Origin: Thermoproteota archaeon | GTDB lineage: Archaea > Korarchaeota > JAOZGF01 > JAOZFZ01 | Length of the DNA: 20,909 nucleotides | Direction: 5' to 3' | Assembly: GCA_027492035.1 (NCBI GenBank) | Contig: JAOZFT010000034.1 | Coordinates: 1 to 20,909 of the forward strand | Part shown: positions 1 through 7,694 of the stretch, one piece after another | Layout of the letters: every line of letters begins with the position of its first letter | How positions within the stretch are numbered: the first letter of the stretch is position 1 | Translations under genes and position numbers: made by a program | The notes under the pieces: generated by a model | What the model saw: only the letters and a program-made list of their open reading frames with translations | Database searches by the model: none | Told to the model about the DNA's origin: nothing

Positions 1-198
1 GGGGACAATGTAAACACTGTCCCTTTCACAGCTCAAAAACTTTCCAACCTCCTTTTCCAAAACAACTCTGTCATGAAAGTTAAGGTCACCTATAAAACCA
101 CTGTACCGAATCCTTTTCAACCCATACTCAAAAAGAAGCTTACTCAACTTAGACCTCTTACGGTTATCAGAAATATCATAAATCACAAGAGTTTGCAT
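1..198 (-). CDS. cas2: CRISPR-associated endoribonuclease Cas2, 3' end runs off the window edge
   Basis: Manual translation from ATG at 198: MQTLVIYDISDNRKRSKLSKLLFEYGLKRIRYSGFIGDLNFHDRVVLEKEVGKFLSCERDSVYIVP. Shows the Cas2 VIYDI..D..R motif, the G..R(I)xYS.F motif and C-terminal DSV.I.P. Not in the supplied ORF track. Confidence 0.93.
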   Translation of the reverse strand, partial: MQTLVIYDISDNRKRSKLSKLLFEYGLKRIRYSGFIGDLNFHDRVVLEKEVGKFLSCERDSVYIVP

Positions 199-209
199 GA
201 ATAATAAGA

Positions 210-351
210 GGGACGCCAATAAAAATTTAACTTCCAACCACCAACACTACACAGACCCGCAAAGAACACATCAACAAGGAAAACAATGCGAACCCCTTTA
301 AAAAACAACAATCCAGAAAAAACAAAACATCAAACATACACTTAAAACAAG
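210..351 (+). promoter_or_regulatory. CRISPR leader-like A/C-rich non-coding tract with TATA-like box
   Basis: Non-coding, strongly A-rich tract. TTTAAAAA at 297-304 lies about 50 nt upstream of the repeat-like sequence at 352-377. Confidence 0.5.
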
Positions 352-377
352 GAGTCTCGAAGAAAGAGAATTGAAAG
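352..377 (+). CRISPR. Single isolated CRISPR-repeat-like sequence (no array)
   Basis: GAGTCTCGAAGAAAGAGAATTGAAAG (26 nt) has an internal TCTC/GAGA mini-stem and the canonical archaeal 3' 8-nt tag ATTGAAAG. It resembles GAATCTC...GAG.ATTGAAAG-type archaeal repeats. No second intact copy seen. Confidence 0.6.
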
Positions 378-384
378 AAAGAGT

Positions 385-1041
385 TTAGTAGGGTTCATTT
401 ATCCAGATTATTTTCCTACCGGAGAAGTAAAGAGCCTTTAAATTATAGTTTACAGCTTGTCTTAGCAGGGCTATTGTCAAAGGCTTGGTTCCACCAGTTA
501 AATCTACAAGTATCTCATGGTTAAAGATGTTTTCCTCCACTGCCCTCCCAGTTATCTCGATCAATTTGTCAAGGTTCTCCCTTAAAACCTCCTTGTAGGG
601 TTGAACAATGAAGTTAACTCCAACTTCACCGTAAACTTTAAAAAATTTCTCTCTCACCTCAGGACTTGTAACATATAACACCTTGTCTGGTTTATATCCA
701 TGAACCTCTAAGGCATCCCTCAAATCTTTGTAAAGAGTTACTTCCTCGCCTAAACCTCCAATAAGTAAGAGAGGCATCTTTATGTCAAGTACATGTCTAA
801 CAATGCTTAAAAGACCTGGTTTCACCCTGTAAACTCCTCTCTCAATTTTCTCAATCACTCCCTCACGGATCAAAAACCTTACATGGTAATCCACACGCCT
901 CGAAACCTTAACCCTTCCAATTATCTCTGAAAACTCAGCTTTCTCCCTTCCACATAGAAAACTAAGTATAACTTTCCTAGCCCTGCTTTTAACCAATTCC
1001 TTGATCCTTAAAGCTGCTGTACTCAAATCAAACACTTCCAC
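385..1041 (-). CDS. wHTH-CARF putative cOA-responsive transcriptional regulator (Csa3-like, reversed domain order)
   Basis: N-terminal ArsR-like winged HTH (FSEI...VDYHVRFLIREGVIEKIERGVYRV). C-terminal Rossmann-like CARF domain with LLIGGLG first strand and the DLTGGTK signature. Confidence 0.8.
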   Translation of the reverse strand: MEVFDLSTAALRIKELVKSRARKVILSFLCGREKAEFSEIIGRVKVSRRVDYHVRFLIREGVIEKIERGVYRVKPGLLSIVRHVLDIKMPLLLIGGLGEEVTLYKDLRDALEVHGYKPDKVLYVTSPEVREKFFKVYGEVGVNFIVQPYKEVLRENLDKLIEITGRAVEENIFNHEILVDLTGGTKPLTIALLRQAVNYNLKALYFSGRKIIWINEPY

Positions 1042-1304
1042 ATCTAAAATTTTAGGAGGTTAAAGAGACAGTAAAAACATATGTTTTAAATTTAAATTCC
1101 TCCGGTAAGGTTTCATCCTTCAGTCAAGTTTCACAGCTTTAAAGAGATTCCTCCCTCAAAAATAAGTAACACTAAACTTCAAATTAAAGTTTAAGGGGTA
1201 ATTTATTTATAGTTAAGGCTCCTTAATAAACAGAGAGAATAACCCTGGGAATAACTTCTCACAGTCTAGGGAAACATCACCTCAAAAAAAGGTTTAATGA
1301 GTAG
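1042..1304. promoter_or_regulatory. Divergent promoter region between the wHTH-CARF gene and cas6, with palindromic candidate operators
   Basis: Perfect palindromes CTAAAATTTTAG (1044-1055) and AAAACATATGTTTT (1074-1087), an inverted repeat TAAACTT-N7-AAGTTTA (1173-1193), and a TATA-like TTTATTTATA near 1203-1211. Confidence 0.45.
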
Positions 1305-2189
1305 TTGAAGAAGAGAGGAATCGGTTTGTCCATTATTCAAAGTTTAAAGTTTAATGTTTTCTGCTTGGAGGAAGGTGAAATCTCCTTTCCCGGACACGTC
1401 ATTCAAAGCATATTCTTCAATCTATTAAGAAAGGGAGACCCTGGGTTAGCCACTTATATCCATGACCTAAAAGCTATGAAGGGATACTCAGTTACACCTC
1501 TTCTCTACACAGATTCAAACAAGAAACTTAAACTTGCATGGAAAATCAGAAAGAAGCTAGAATACTTCTTTAAAATCTCCATTTACGGTAAACCCCTGTC
1601 AAACGCGGCTCTCACAATTTTAAAAGGGTTAGAAACAAGTTTCAACATTTACAACGCAAACTTCACCCTTGAATCAGTTGAGGTATCAGTTAAAACCTAT
1701 GAAGGAATCCAGCGGCAAAGCACACCGATAAATTCATTTTCCATTATGTTTATCTCTCCTACATGCTTCAAAAACTTTGAAACAAACCTTGTAAGTTTAT
1801 TTCCAACACCCTTCAGAGTCTTAGACAGCGCCTTAAGAGTTTGGAACAACTTCGCCCCCGAAAAACACAGATTCAAATGGGTTATAGAGGGAAAGGAAAC
1901 AGCTTCCCCATACAGGGAATGGATAAAAACATGTGTCTCAGAGAAGAAATTCAAGGTTAAAAGTGTAAAACCAATCGAACCCTACAAACTACCAGGTTTC
2001 ACAGGGCAAACAACCTATATAATCAAAAAACAGAGAGGGATAGATGAAGAGGAACATGAAGAATACTGCAAAATAACAGATACACTTCTAAAATTCGCTG
2101 AAACAGTTAATGTAGGCTCCCAAAGAACAACTGGAATGGGGGTAATAGAGGTTAAAACCAATACAAAACCCCAAGAACCCAATCAATAA
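1305..2189 (+). CDS. cas6: CRISPR pre-crRNA processing endoribonuclease Cas6
   Basis: RAMP features: 'LATYIHD....GYSVTPL', 'FISPTCF', 'LFPTP', 'GFTG' and the C-terminal G-rich loop 'NVGSQRTTGMG'. The true start may be the TTG at 1326. Confidence 0.92.
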   Translation: MKKRGIGLSIIQSLKFNVFCLEEGEISFPGHVIQSIFFNLLRKGDPGLATYIHDLKAMKGYSVTPLLYTDSNKKLKLAWKIRKKLEYFFKISIYGKPLSNAALTILKGLETSFNIYNANFTLESVEVSVKTYEGIQRQSTPINSFSIMFISPTCFKNFETNLVSLFPTPFRVLDSALRVWNNFAPEKHRFKWVIEGKETASPYREWIKTCVSEKKFKVKSVKPIEPYKLPGFTGQTTYIIKKQRGIDEEEHEEYCKITDTLLKFAETVNVGSQRTTGMGVIEVKTNTKPQEPNQ

Positions 2190-2426
2190 CCACTAAACCC
2201 ACGCAGATACAAAACCTAACAAACAACCTATACCGCTTAAAAACCTTTAATCTCTTTTCACAGCCACTTTAAATATATGTTCCTTTAACTCCAATTCTCA
2301 AAAGCCTCTCCTAAACCATACCCACCTTTACCATAAGGGAGACTTAAGGGTGTAGCAGAGGCCATGAGAAAACATAAAGAGTTAAATATAAGGTATTTAC
2401 TCTATTCCTTAATGGTGTATAGGAGT

Positions 2427-2696
2427 ATGAATGAAAGGATAAAAACAAGCATTATAATCAACAAGAAACTATGGGATAGGTTTAGACATAAAATAAGTGT
2501 TGAAAAGAATTTAAAGAGCCTTAGCAAATCAGTTGAGGAGGCATTAGAGGAAGAGCTTAACGAGTTAATCATAGCTGAGGCCCTAGAAAAAATGATTTCA
2601 GCGAAGCCCACTACACTTGAAACAGTACCAGTTAAACTTAAAGTGAAGGGTAAAGCTGAAGAAGTAGTACGTGAGTTGAGGGGGTCCAGAACTTGA
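2427..2696 (+). CDS. vapB: VapB-like antitoxin (ribbon-helix-helix type)
   Basis: MNERIKTSIIINKKLWDRFR...LSKSVEEALEEEL fits an RHH pattern and ends in 'AEEVVRELR'. AGGAG RBS precedes the ATG at 2427 (the ORF track starts at 2364). Stop overlaps the PIN gene start. Confidence 0.75.
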   Translation: MNERIKTSIIINKKLWDRFRHKISVEKNLKSLSKSVEEALEEELNELIIAEALEKMISAKPTTLETVPVKLKVKGKAEEVVRELRGSRT

Positions 2697-3139
2697 CTGT
2701 TTATCTTGATACAAGTGCCATAGTTAAGAGATACATCCTTGAACCTGGAAGCAAAGTTGTGAAGAAAGTTTATGTCAATGCACTTAACGGAGAAACAACT
2801 TTATCATTCTCTGCATGGAACATCGGTGAGGTTTTCGGGGTATTAGACAAATATCTTAGTAGAGGATGGCTAGATAAAAGGGGTTACGAAGTAGCATTAG
2901 TTTCATTTGTAAAGGAGACTATTAGGTTAATAAAGCTTAGATTAACTAAGATAATCCCGGTAAGAACAAGTCTGCTCGCAGAAACATGGAACCTGATAAA
3001 TAAATATCATATATATGAAGCTGACGCCATACAAATTACATCTGCAAAACATGCAGATTCAGAACAATTCCTTTCAGGAGACAAAAAACTTGTAGAAATA
3101 TCTAAGGCAGAGGGCCTCAACGCTCTTTATTTAAAGTGA
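2693..3139 (+). CDS. vapC: VapC PIN-domain ribonuclease toxin
   Basis: YLDTSAIVKRY..E, GEV, DAIQI and 'SGDKKL' acidic PIN motifs. Translationally coupled to the upstream antitoxin. Confidence 0.92.
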   Translation: MTVYLDTSAIVKRYILEPGSKVVKKVYVNALNGETTLSFSAWNIGEVFGVLDKYLSRGWLDKRGYEVALVSFVKETIRLIKLRLTKIIPVRTSLLAETWNLINKYHIYEADAIQITSAKHADSEQFLSGDKKLVEISKAEGLNALYLK

Positions 3140-3233
3140 GTTTAAATCCAACTAAAAGAAAACCTTTCTCTCCGAGGGAAAGAAGAGACAGAAAAAGAGA
3201 ATAAAGCCATCTACTTTTCAAAAGCAACCATGA

Positions 3234-3545
3234 GACAAACATGTCGCGGAAGCAGAGAAAGCAATTGCTGACAGTTTACATCTACCGAAACAGTACCCTA
3301 TTCAAGAAACATTTCTTACTTTAACCCACTTAAAACATGACCTAGAGAAAATCTTAAGTTATACGCTAAAGATGAAATCAGATGCCTTACTAAAGAGACC
3401 ATGTCTATTAGAGTTAAAGGGTATAGACATTTCTAGTGCGTCAAAAAGATTTAACGAAGAACATTATAAAATTAAATTTATTTCCCTTTCAAAAGGAGTT
3501 AAAATCAGGAAATAGAGACTGACGATCAACGAGTTGTTAGAATAA
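3234..3545 (+). pseudogene. Decayed AbiEi-type (type IV TA) antitoxin, C-terminal remnant
   Basis: Start-less frame reads HVAEAEKAIADSLHLP...DLEKILSYTLKMKSDALLKRPCLLELKG...KGVKIRK*RLTINELLE*. This matches the AbiEi C-domain pattern EKxxxDxL / KRLGxLLE / KWxLxxN, with W replaced by TAG. Confidence 0.7.
3381..3545 (+). repeat. Diverged direct repeat of about 165-170 bp (second copy at 8524-8693)
   Basis: Collinear shared blocks: GATGC(C/T)TTACTAAAGAGAC, AAAAAGATTTAACGAAGAAC, TTCAAAAGGA, CAGGAAATAGAGACT, TCAACGAG and TAGAATAA. Confidence 0.88.
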
Positions 3546-3707
3546 CCCTGCAATGTCGATCCATCATTCAATTTGCCCTTTTCTTACACCATAAGTTTTA
3601 TCATAAAATAAATATATAGAGGAAAACCTTCCATTAATACTCTAATCATCCAAATGGGGATAAGACAAATCCAGGTGACACCTAACCAAAGTAGGGGGGT
3701 TTCTAAT

Positions 3708-4305
3708 TTGAACCACTCAACCCATGAATTAGGAACCGTAACTGTGAATGACATAGTTCAACACTTTTACTGCCCCAGGAAAGTTTACTTCCTTAAAACA
3801 ATGCAGACCCCCTTCAAACCAAGGAAAAAGATGGTTTTCGGATTAGAAACCCAAGAAAAGGAAAAGAAAAGGGTTAAGGAAAGAATAGATGTATACGGAT
3901 TCGAAAAAAGAGAAGTTAAAGCTATGCACTTAAACGTTGAAGCATACTGTGAAGAAATAGGGTTGAAGGGGGAAAATAGATGTACTCCTGAAACTTAAAA
4001 GCGGAGAACACATCCCAGTGGAAATAAAATACACAGAGAAACCAATTGTCCAAAGACCCTACAAAAAACAAGTTATAGCTTATGCAACCCTAACAGATTG
4101 CAAATACAAAACAACCACTGAAAAAGCAATAATCTACTTCTCAAAACAGAAAATATCCAGGAAAATAAATGTTTCAAGGGAAGACAAAGAAACACTTAAA
4201 AGAGATATAAAGAAAATAAGGGAAATGCTTACAAATGAAAAACCACCAAGGAAAACATCAAAGGAGAAATGCAAATACTGCGAAGTCGAAAAATACTGTG
4301 TATAA
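3708..4305 (+). pseudogene. cas4: Cas4 exonuclease split by a +1 frameshift (pseudogene or sequencing error)
   Basis: ORF1 has 'VNDI.QHFYCPRKVYF'. Deleting one G from the G5 run at 3968-3972 gives LKGKIDVLLKLKSGEHIPVEIKY (RecB-like motifs II/III), which continues into ORF2 with QVIAYA and C..C....C. Likely TTG start at 3708. Confidence 0.9.
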
Positions 4306-4855
4306 ATAACCTACATATAAAAATGAAACCCGGATAAATTAAAAACAACAAACCCCTCCCCCTTAACCGTCACTACTCCATGTGCTAAATAAACCATCCC
4401 CTTTTGCAGTTAAACTTTGAAATCTCTTATTTATCAAGGAACAGTTTTATTGTCAGATCCCTTTATAACCCGTAACGCTTTCTCAAATCAAGCTTTACAG
4501 CTCTTTATCCTTCCTTAAACCTCCATAATTTCCCCTAAATTTAGGCTAAGACCATTAAACTGAATATTTAAAGGACTAACATTCATCCATTTAAATTTAA
4601 ACCGTTAAACTATTCCAGGAACCCTGGAAACATGTTTCTCTTCTACCTCCTGCACAATACTATAAAGACAAGTTTAAAGATGCAGCAACAGCCCCAAGGA
4701 AAAAAGTGAAAAGTTAAATAAGATATAAGTTTTACTCTATTCCTTAACGGTGTAAAAGACTAGGGCTTTTATGCTTCACACCTCCCCTCTAAACCCAACT
4801 GGACTTCAGATACACTTGAAACGTTAAGTGAAATTAGGGTTTGTTGAGGATAACG

Positions 4856-5632
4856 ATGTCAAAAGGGAAAATAGTTAGTATAGCACTCTTCTATCTGCTT
4901 GCCTACCTAATTGCTTACATTGTAAACCCCCTTCTGTTTCCACATTTGGAAATGCCACACCCCTTTCCCAGCCTCCTATTGACTCATACACTTACACTGG
5001 TTGAAATACTTTTAATCGCCTATTTGGTTTTAAAGTTAAACAACGAAAACTGCACCCTCTCAACCTTCGGGATTAGAAAAGATAACTTAGGTAATAGTTT
5101 CTTGTGGGCAGCAGCTTTCTCAACACCTATCCCGCTGCTTTGGCTTATCGGCACAAAAATTGTAGGTTTTGAAACCATTTTAATCGCTGCCAAACCCTCA
5201 TGGGCTAATCCACCAATTTCGCTACAAGTTTTGATGTCTGCTATACTTTTATGGATTCTGGCAGGCATTGTAGCGTTCATGTTCTGGGAAGCCTTCCCAT
5301 ATGAACTCATGAAGGATTTCCCCCAGAAGCTTGCAACACCCTTAATAGCAGTTTTATGGACAGGTCTATACAACACCCCCTTGTTGACAGGGAAAATTGA
5401 CCCATTTGATGCCATATTCTTCGGATTTCTTTTTACATTGACTTATCATAAAGCAAGAAATAGCATGGGAATATTGATGGCGTACCTTCTAAACGAGAAT
5501 CCTCTATGGTGGGTAACAGCAGCAGTATTTGGATCAAATATTAAAATGGCATTCACAGTTTTCCTCATCTTTAGGATGTTAATATGCTCCATATCAACAT
5601 TTTGGGTGATTAAAACGAAAAATTCTAAGTAG
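4856..5632 (+). CDS. Multi-pass membrane protein, CPBP/CAAX (Abi)-like with degenerate catalytic motifs
   Basis: About 7-8 hydrophobic segments. 'TFGIRK.NL' and 'GFLFTLTYHKARNSMGILMAYLLNEN' resemble the CPBP layout, but EExxxR, FxxxH and HxxxN are absent. GAGGA RBS precedes the ATG at 4856. Confidence 0.55.
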   Translation: MSKGKIVSIALFYLLAYLIAYIVNPLLFPHLEMPHPFPSLLLTHTLTLVEILLIAYLVLKLNNENCTLSTFGIRKDNLGNSFLWAAAFSTPIPLLWLIGTKIVGFETILIAAKPSWANPPISLQVLMSAILLWILAGIVAFMFWEAFPYELMKDFPQKLATPLIAVLWTGLYNTPLLTGKIDPFDAIFFGFLFTLTYHKARNSMGILMAYLLNENPLWWVTAAVFGSNIKMAFTVFLIFRMLICSISTFWVIKTKNSK

Positions 5633-5749
5633 AGAAAGAAATAACACCATCACTCCACCCGACTCTACGGTGCTTTGCAACCCTGTAAAAAACCCTGTAA
5701 AAAACCTTTGCATAATTTCTAGGTTTATGGTTACCAAGGTTGTCAAAAA

Positions 5750-5950
5750 AAGTAACTTTCACCTTTCAGATATTTCTTCTACTAAATTAATCGCATCCAA
5801 GATGTGATTAGGAATATCATATCGCCTTTCTTCATCCGAATACTACCCTAAACTCTTTCTCAATTATTTCTATCAAATATGAAGTGATGGATGCCTTTGT
5901 AAGTAAATCTATCCACTAATTTATCTATTATTTCATACATTTTCATTATA
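5750..5950 (-). pseudogene. Decayed MntA/HepT (nucleotidyltransferase/DUF86) TA remnant
   Basis: With frameshifts, the minus strand reads VD.(L)TYKGIHH...EIIEKEFRVVFG* (MntA-like C-terminus). Its stop overlaps the ATG at 5835 of MKKGDMIFL/HILDAINLVEE/YLKGESY (DUF86-like N-terminus), which is then truncated. Confidence 0.65.
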
Positions 5951-5974
5951 TCTTGGAGTGGGGTTCAGAATTCC

Positions 5975-6066
5975 TGGCAACAGATTGGGGATATGTGAAG
6001 TTTACGGAGCGTAAACGGAGCAAATTTGGGCTAGCAAAGCGGGGGCCACATATCTATATGTTGTTC
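5975..6066. repeat. Imperfect hairpin with attC-like architecture
   Basis: Outer arms CAACA (5978-5982) and TGTTG (6059-6063), inner arms GATATGTG (5990-5997) and CACATATC (6047-6054). Locally GC-richer than the flanks. Confidence 0.4.
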
Positions 6067-6136
6067 GAGTGCTATAACACCGTAGCGAAGTGGAGAGTTG
6101 CAGGTGACAGGCGAAGTTTCACGGATCTTCGGTTCA

Positions 6137-7408
6137 TCAACTTTTCTCTTGTGAGAATGACCTAAATATTCTTGTAAATTTTCTAAGTTTATTTTTGAAA
6201 TCTGCAGGAGAATGGTAGTTCTGCTCTCTCCAACCACTATGGTTTATGTCATTCCTGTAATCTATAATTTCATGCCACAAATTTAGAATTCGAGCAGGTA
6301 TTTTTTCATATCTATTATTCAACATTACTTCTGCAATCTCTCTATAATCTGTGTCTTCTCCCTTTCTCGGTTTTTTCAGTCTATTACTTCCAATAATATT
6401 TACTATCACATAATTAACAATAGTTTCCCTTAAAATCGTAAATCCTTGCTGAATTAAATCATTTTCTATACACCAAGAAGCAACTTCTAGTCCACAAGTT
6501 ACATTGTTATCGATTTGCATATTGCTAAATCTCCCTTTTATTTTCCTAAATAATGGTTTAAATTGCCTCAATTTTTCCAGTTCTTTCTCTGCTTCTAACA
6601 ATGAATCTAAAATCTTTTTAATGTTGGATTTAAAATCAGGAGCACGACATGTTGAAACGTTCTGTGAAAAAGCTTTCAGGGAACTAATAAGCTTTCGAAG
6701 CCCTCCTCCAACCTCACCCCTAGTTTCTGCAAGTAAAGGTTTCAATTCCTCTATTCCAAGCTCACTTATCATTTCTGCATTTCCAGTTTTTAAGAATCTT
6801 TCAACAGCTACTGTCCAGTCGAATAAGCTTGCAAACGGTGTGAGATTGAATACAGGTATTACTCTTTCTTTTAAAGGCATTCTTTTAACTTTATTTGGGG
6901 AACCTAAAGCCTCCATTGCACCATAAACAATTTGGTTTATCTTCACATTTTTTAAGAATTTGACATAATTTAAAGCTACAAGTGTCAACATTGGGAGAGA
7001 ACGAAAACTATGAGTGATATCAAAAATTAAGACATCCTTTTCACCGATATTATCATTTATTTTTTCAAATATCTCCCACAATTCCTCTTCATTTCTTCCT
7101 TCTGGTATTTCAACTTCTTTTAAAGTAATGTTCAATTTCAGTCTTTCTTTAGCCCCTTCCAATCGTTCTTTTAACCCCTTTTCAAAGTTTGCACCCTCAC
7201 ATTCATTTTTACCTAGCCAATTCCTTCTTTTAGATTCTTTAGTCAGAAAAATAACTATCTGGTCGCCATCTTTCCACTCTTTACAGAAAAATTCAAGTAA
7301 GGCTTCTTGGATAAACTGACATGGTTTCTGAGACTTTTCATTATTGTAGATATAATAAGCCTCGATGTATCTCGTGGGACCTATAAAGCTCAATAATTTA
7401 TAGCTCAT
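6137..7408 (-). CDS. csx1: Csx1/Csm6-family cOA-activated ribonuclease (CARF + HEPN, TM1812-like)
   Basis: N-terminal 'LLSFIG..Y', CARF motif 'FDITHSFRSLP', 'YGA.E' and HEPN RxxxxH motif 'RNDINH'. Confidence 0.93.
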   Translation of the reverse strand: MSYKLLSFIGPTRYIEAYYIYNNEKSQKPCQFIQEALLEFFCKEWKDGDQIVIFLTKESKRRNWLGKNECEGANFEKGLKERLEGAKERLKLNITLKEVEIPEGRNEEELWEIFEKINDNIGEKDVLIFDITHSFRSLPMLTLVALNYVKFLKNVKINQIVYGAMEALGSPNKVKRMPLKERVIPVFNLTPFASLFDWTVAVERFLKTGNAEMISELGIEELKPLLAETRGEVGGGLRKLISSLKAFSQNVSTCRAPDFKSNIKKILDSLLEAEKELEKLRQFKPLFRKIKGRFSNMQIDNNVTCGLEVASWCIENDLIQQGFTILRETIVNYVIVNIIGSNRLKKPRKGEDTDYREIAEVMLNNRYEKIPARILNLWHEIIDYRNDINHSGWREQNYHSPADFKNKLRKFTRIFRSFSQEKS

Positions 7409-7694
7409 CGATCTTCACCTTTATAATCTCCCCTACTTCCAAGCTTTGTCCATGCGATTCTACCACTATAGCACCACTAACTCTTGGATCATAGGTTGCT
7501 ATAAATTTTGTGGGATGGTAATAATGGCAAAGATAACAGTAAAGCCATATAGGACCACGACCACTCAGTATTATTCCTTTTGTTCCATCAACCTTTGGTG
7601 GTTTTAGTTTTTGCAAAATTTCTGGTGATATACTACTTTCTAATTCAAAATGAACCACTGTAAACTCTTCTCTCTCTATCACTTTGAATCTCAT
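7398..7694 (-). CDS. csx3: CRISPR ring nuclease Csx3/Crn3
   Basis: 'GIILSGRGPIWLY..L.H..H', 'YDPR' and 'VVESH' are Csx3 signatures. ATG at 7694 has a GGAGGAG RBS (the ORF track starts at 7709). Overlaps the csx1 start. Confidence 0.93.
   Translation of the reverse strand: MRFKVIEREEFTVVHFELESSISPEILQKLKPPKVDGTKGIILSGRGPIWLYCYLCHYYHPTKFIATYDPRVSGAIVVESHGQSLEVGEIIKVKIDEL

Noticed and set aside
2256-2273. TTTCACAGC..CTTTAAA motif on both sides of cas6 (also 1129-1143)
   Set aside because: Short and gapped, and TTTCACAGC also occurs inside cas2, so it is compatible with chance.
3381-3545. Interpreting the 170-bp repeat as a MITE/IS end or PIN-gene remnant
   Set aside because: No terminal inverted repeats or target duplications, and the translation fits the AbiEi C-terminal pattern better.
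4306-4840. Possible small pseudogene or ncRNA between cas4 and the membrane gene
   Set aside because: The purine-rich minus strand with an ATG at about 4527 hints at a decayed ORF, but stops are frequent and no family is identifiable.
5679-5706. Tandem 12-mer AACCCTGTAAAA x2 plus a partial copy
   Set aside because: Real but tiny, most simply a slippage duplication. No spacer structure.
5953-6237. Short ORFs 5953-6165 (+) and 6031-6237 (-)
   Set aside because: They run through the hairpin element and the csx1 3' end, with no recognisable protein features.
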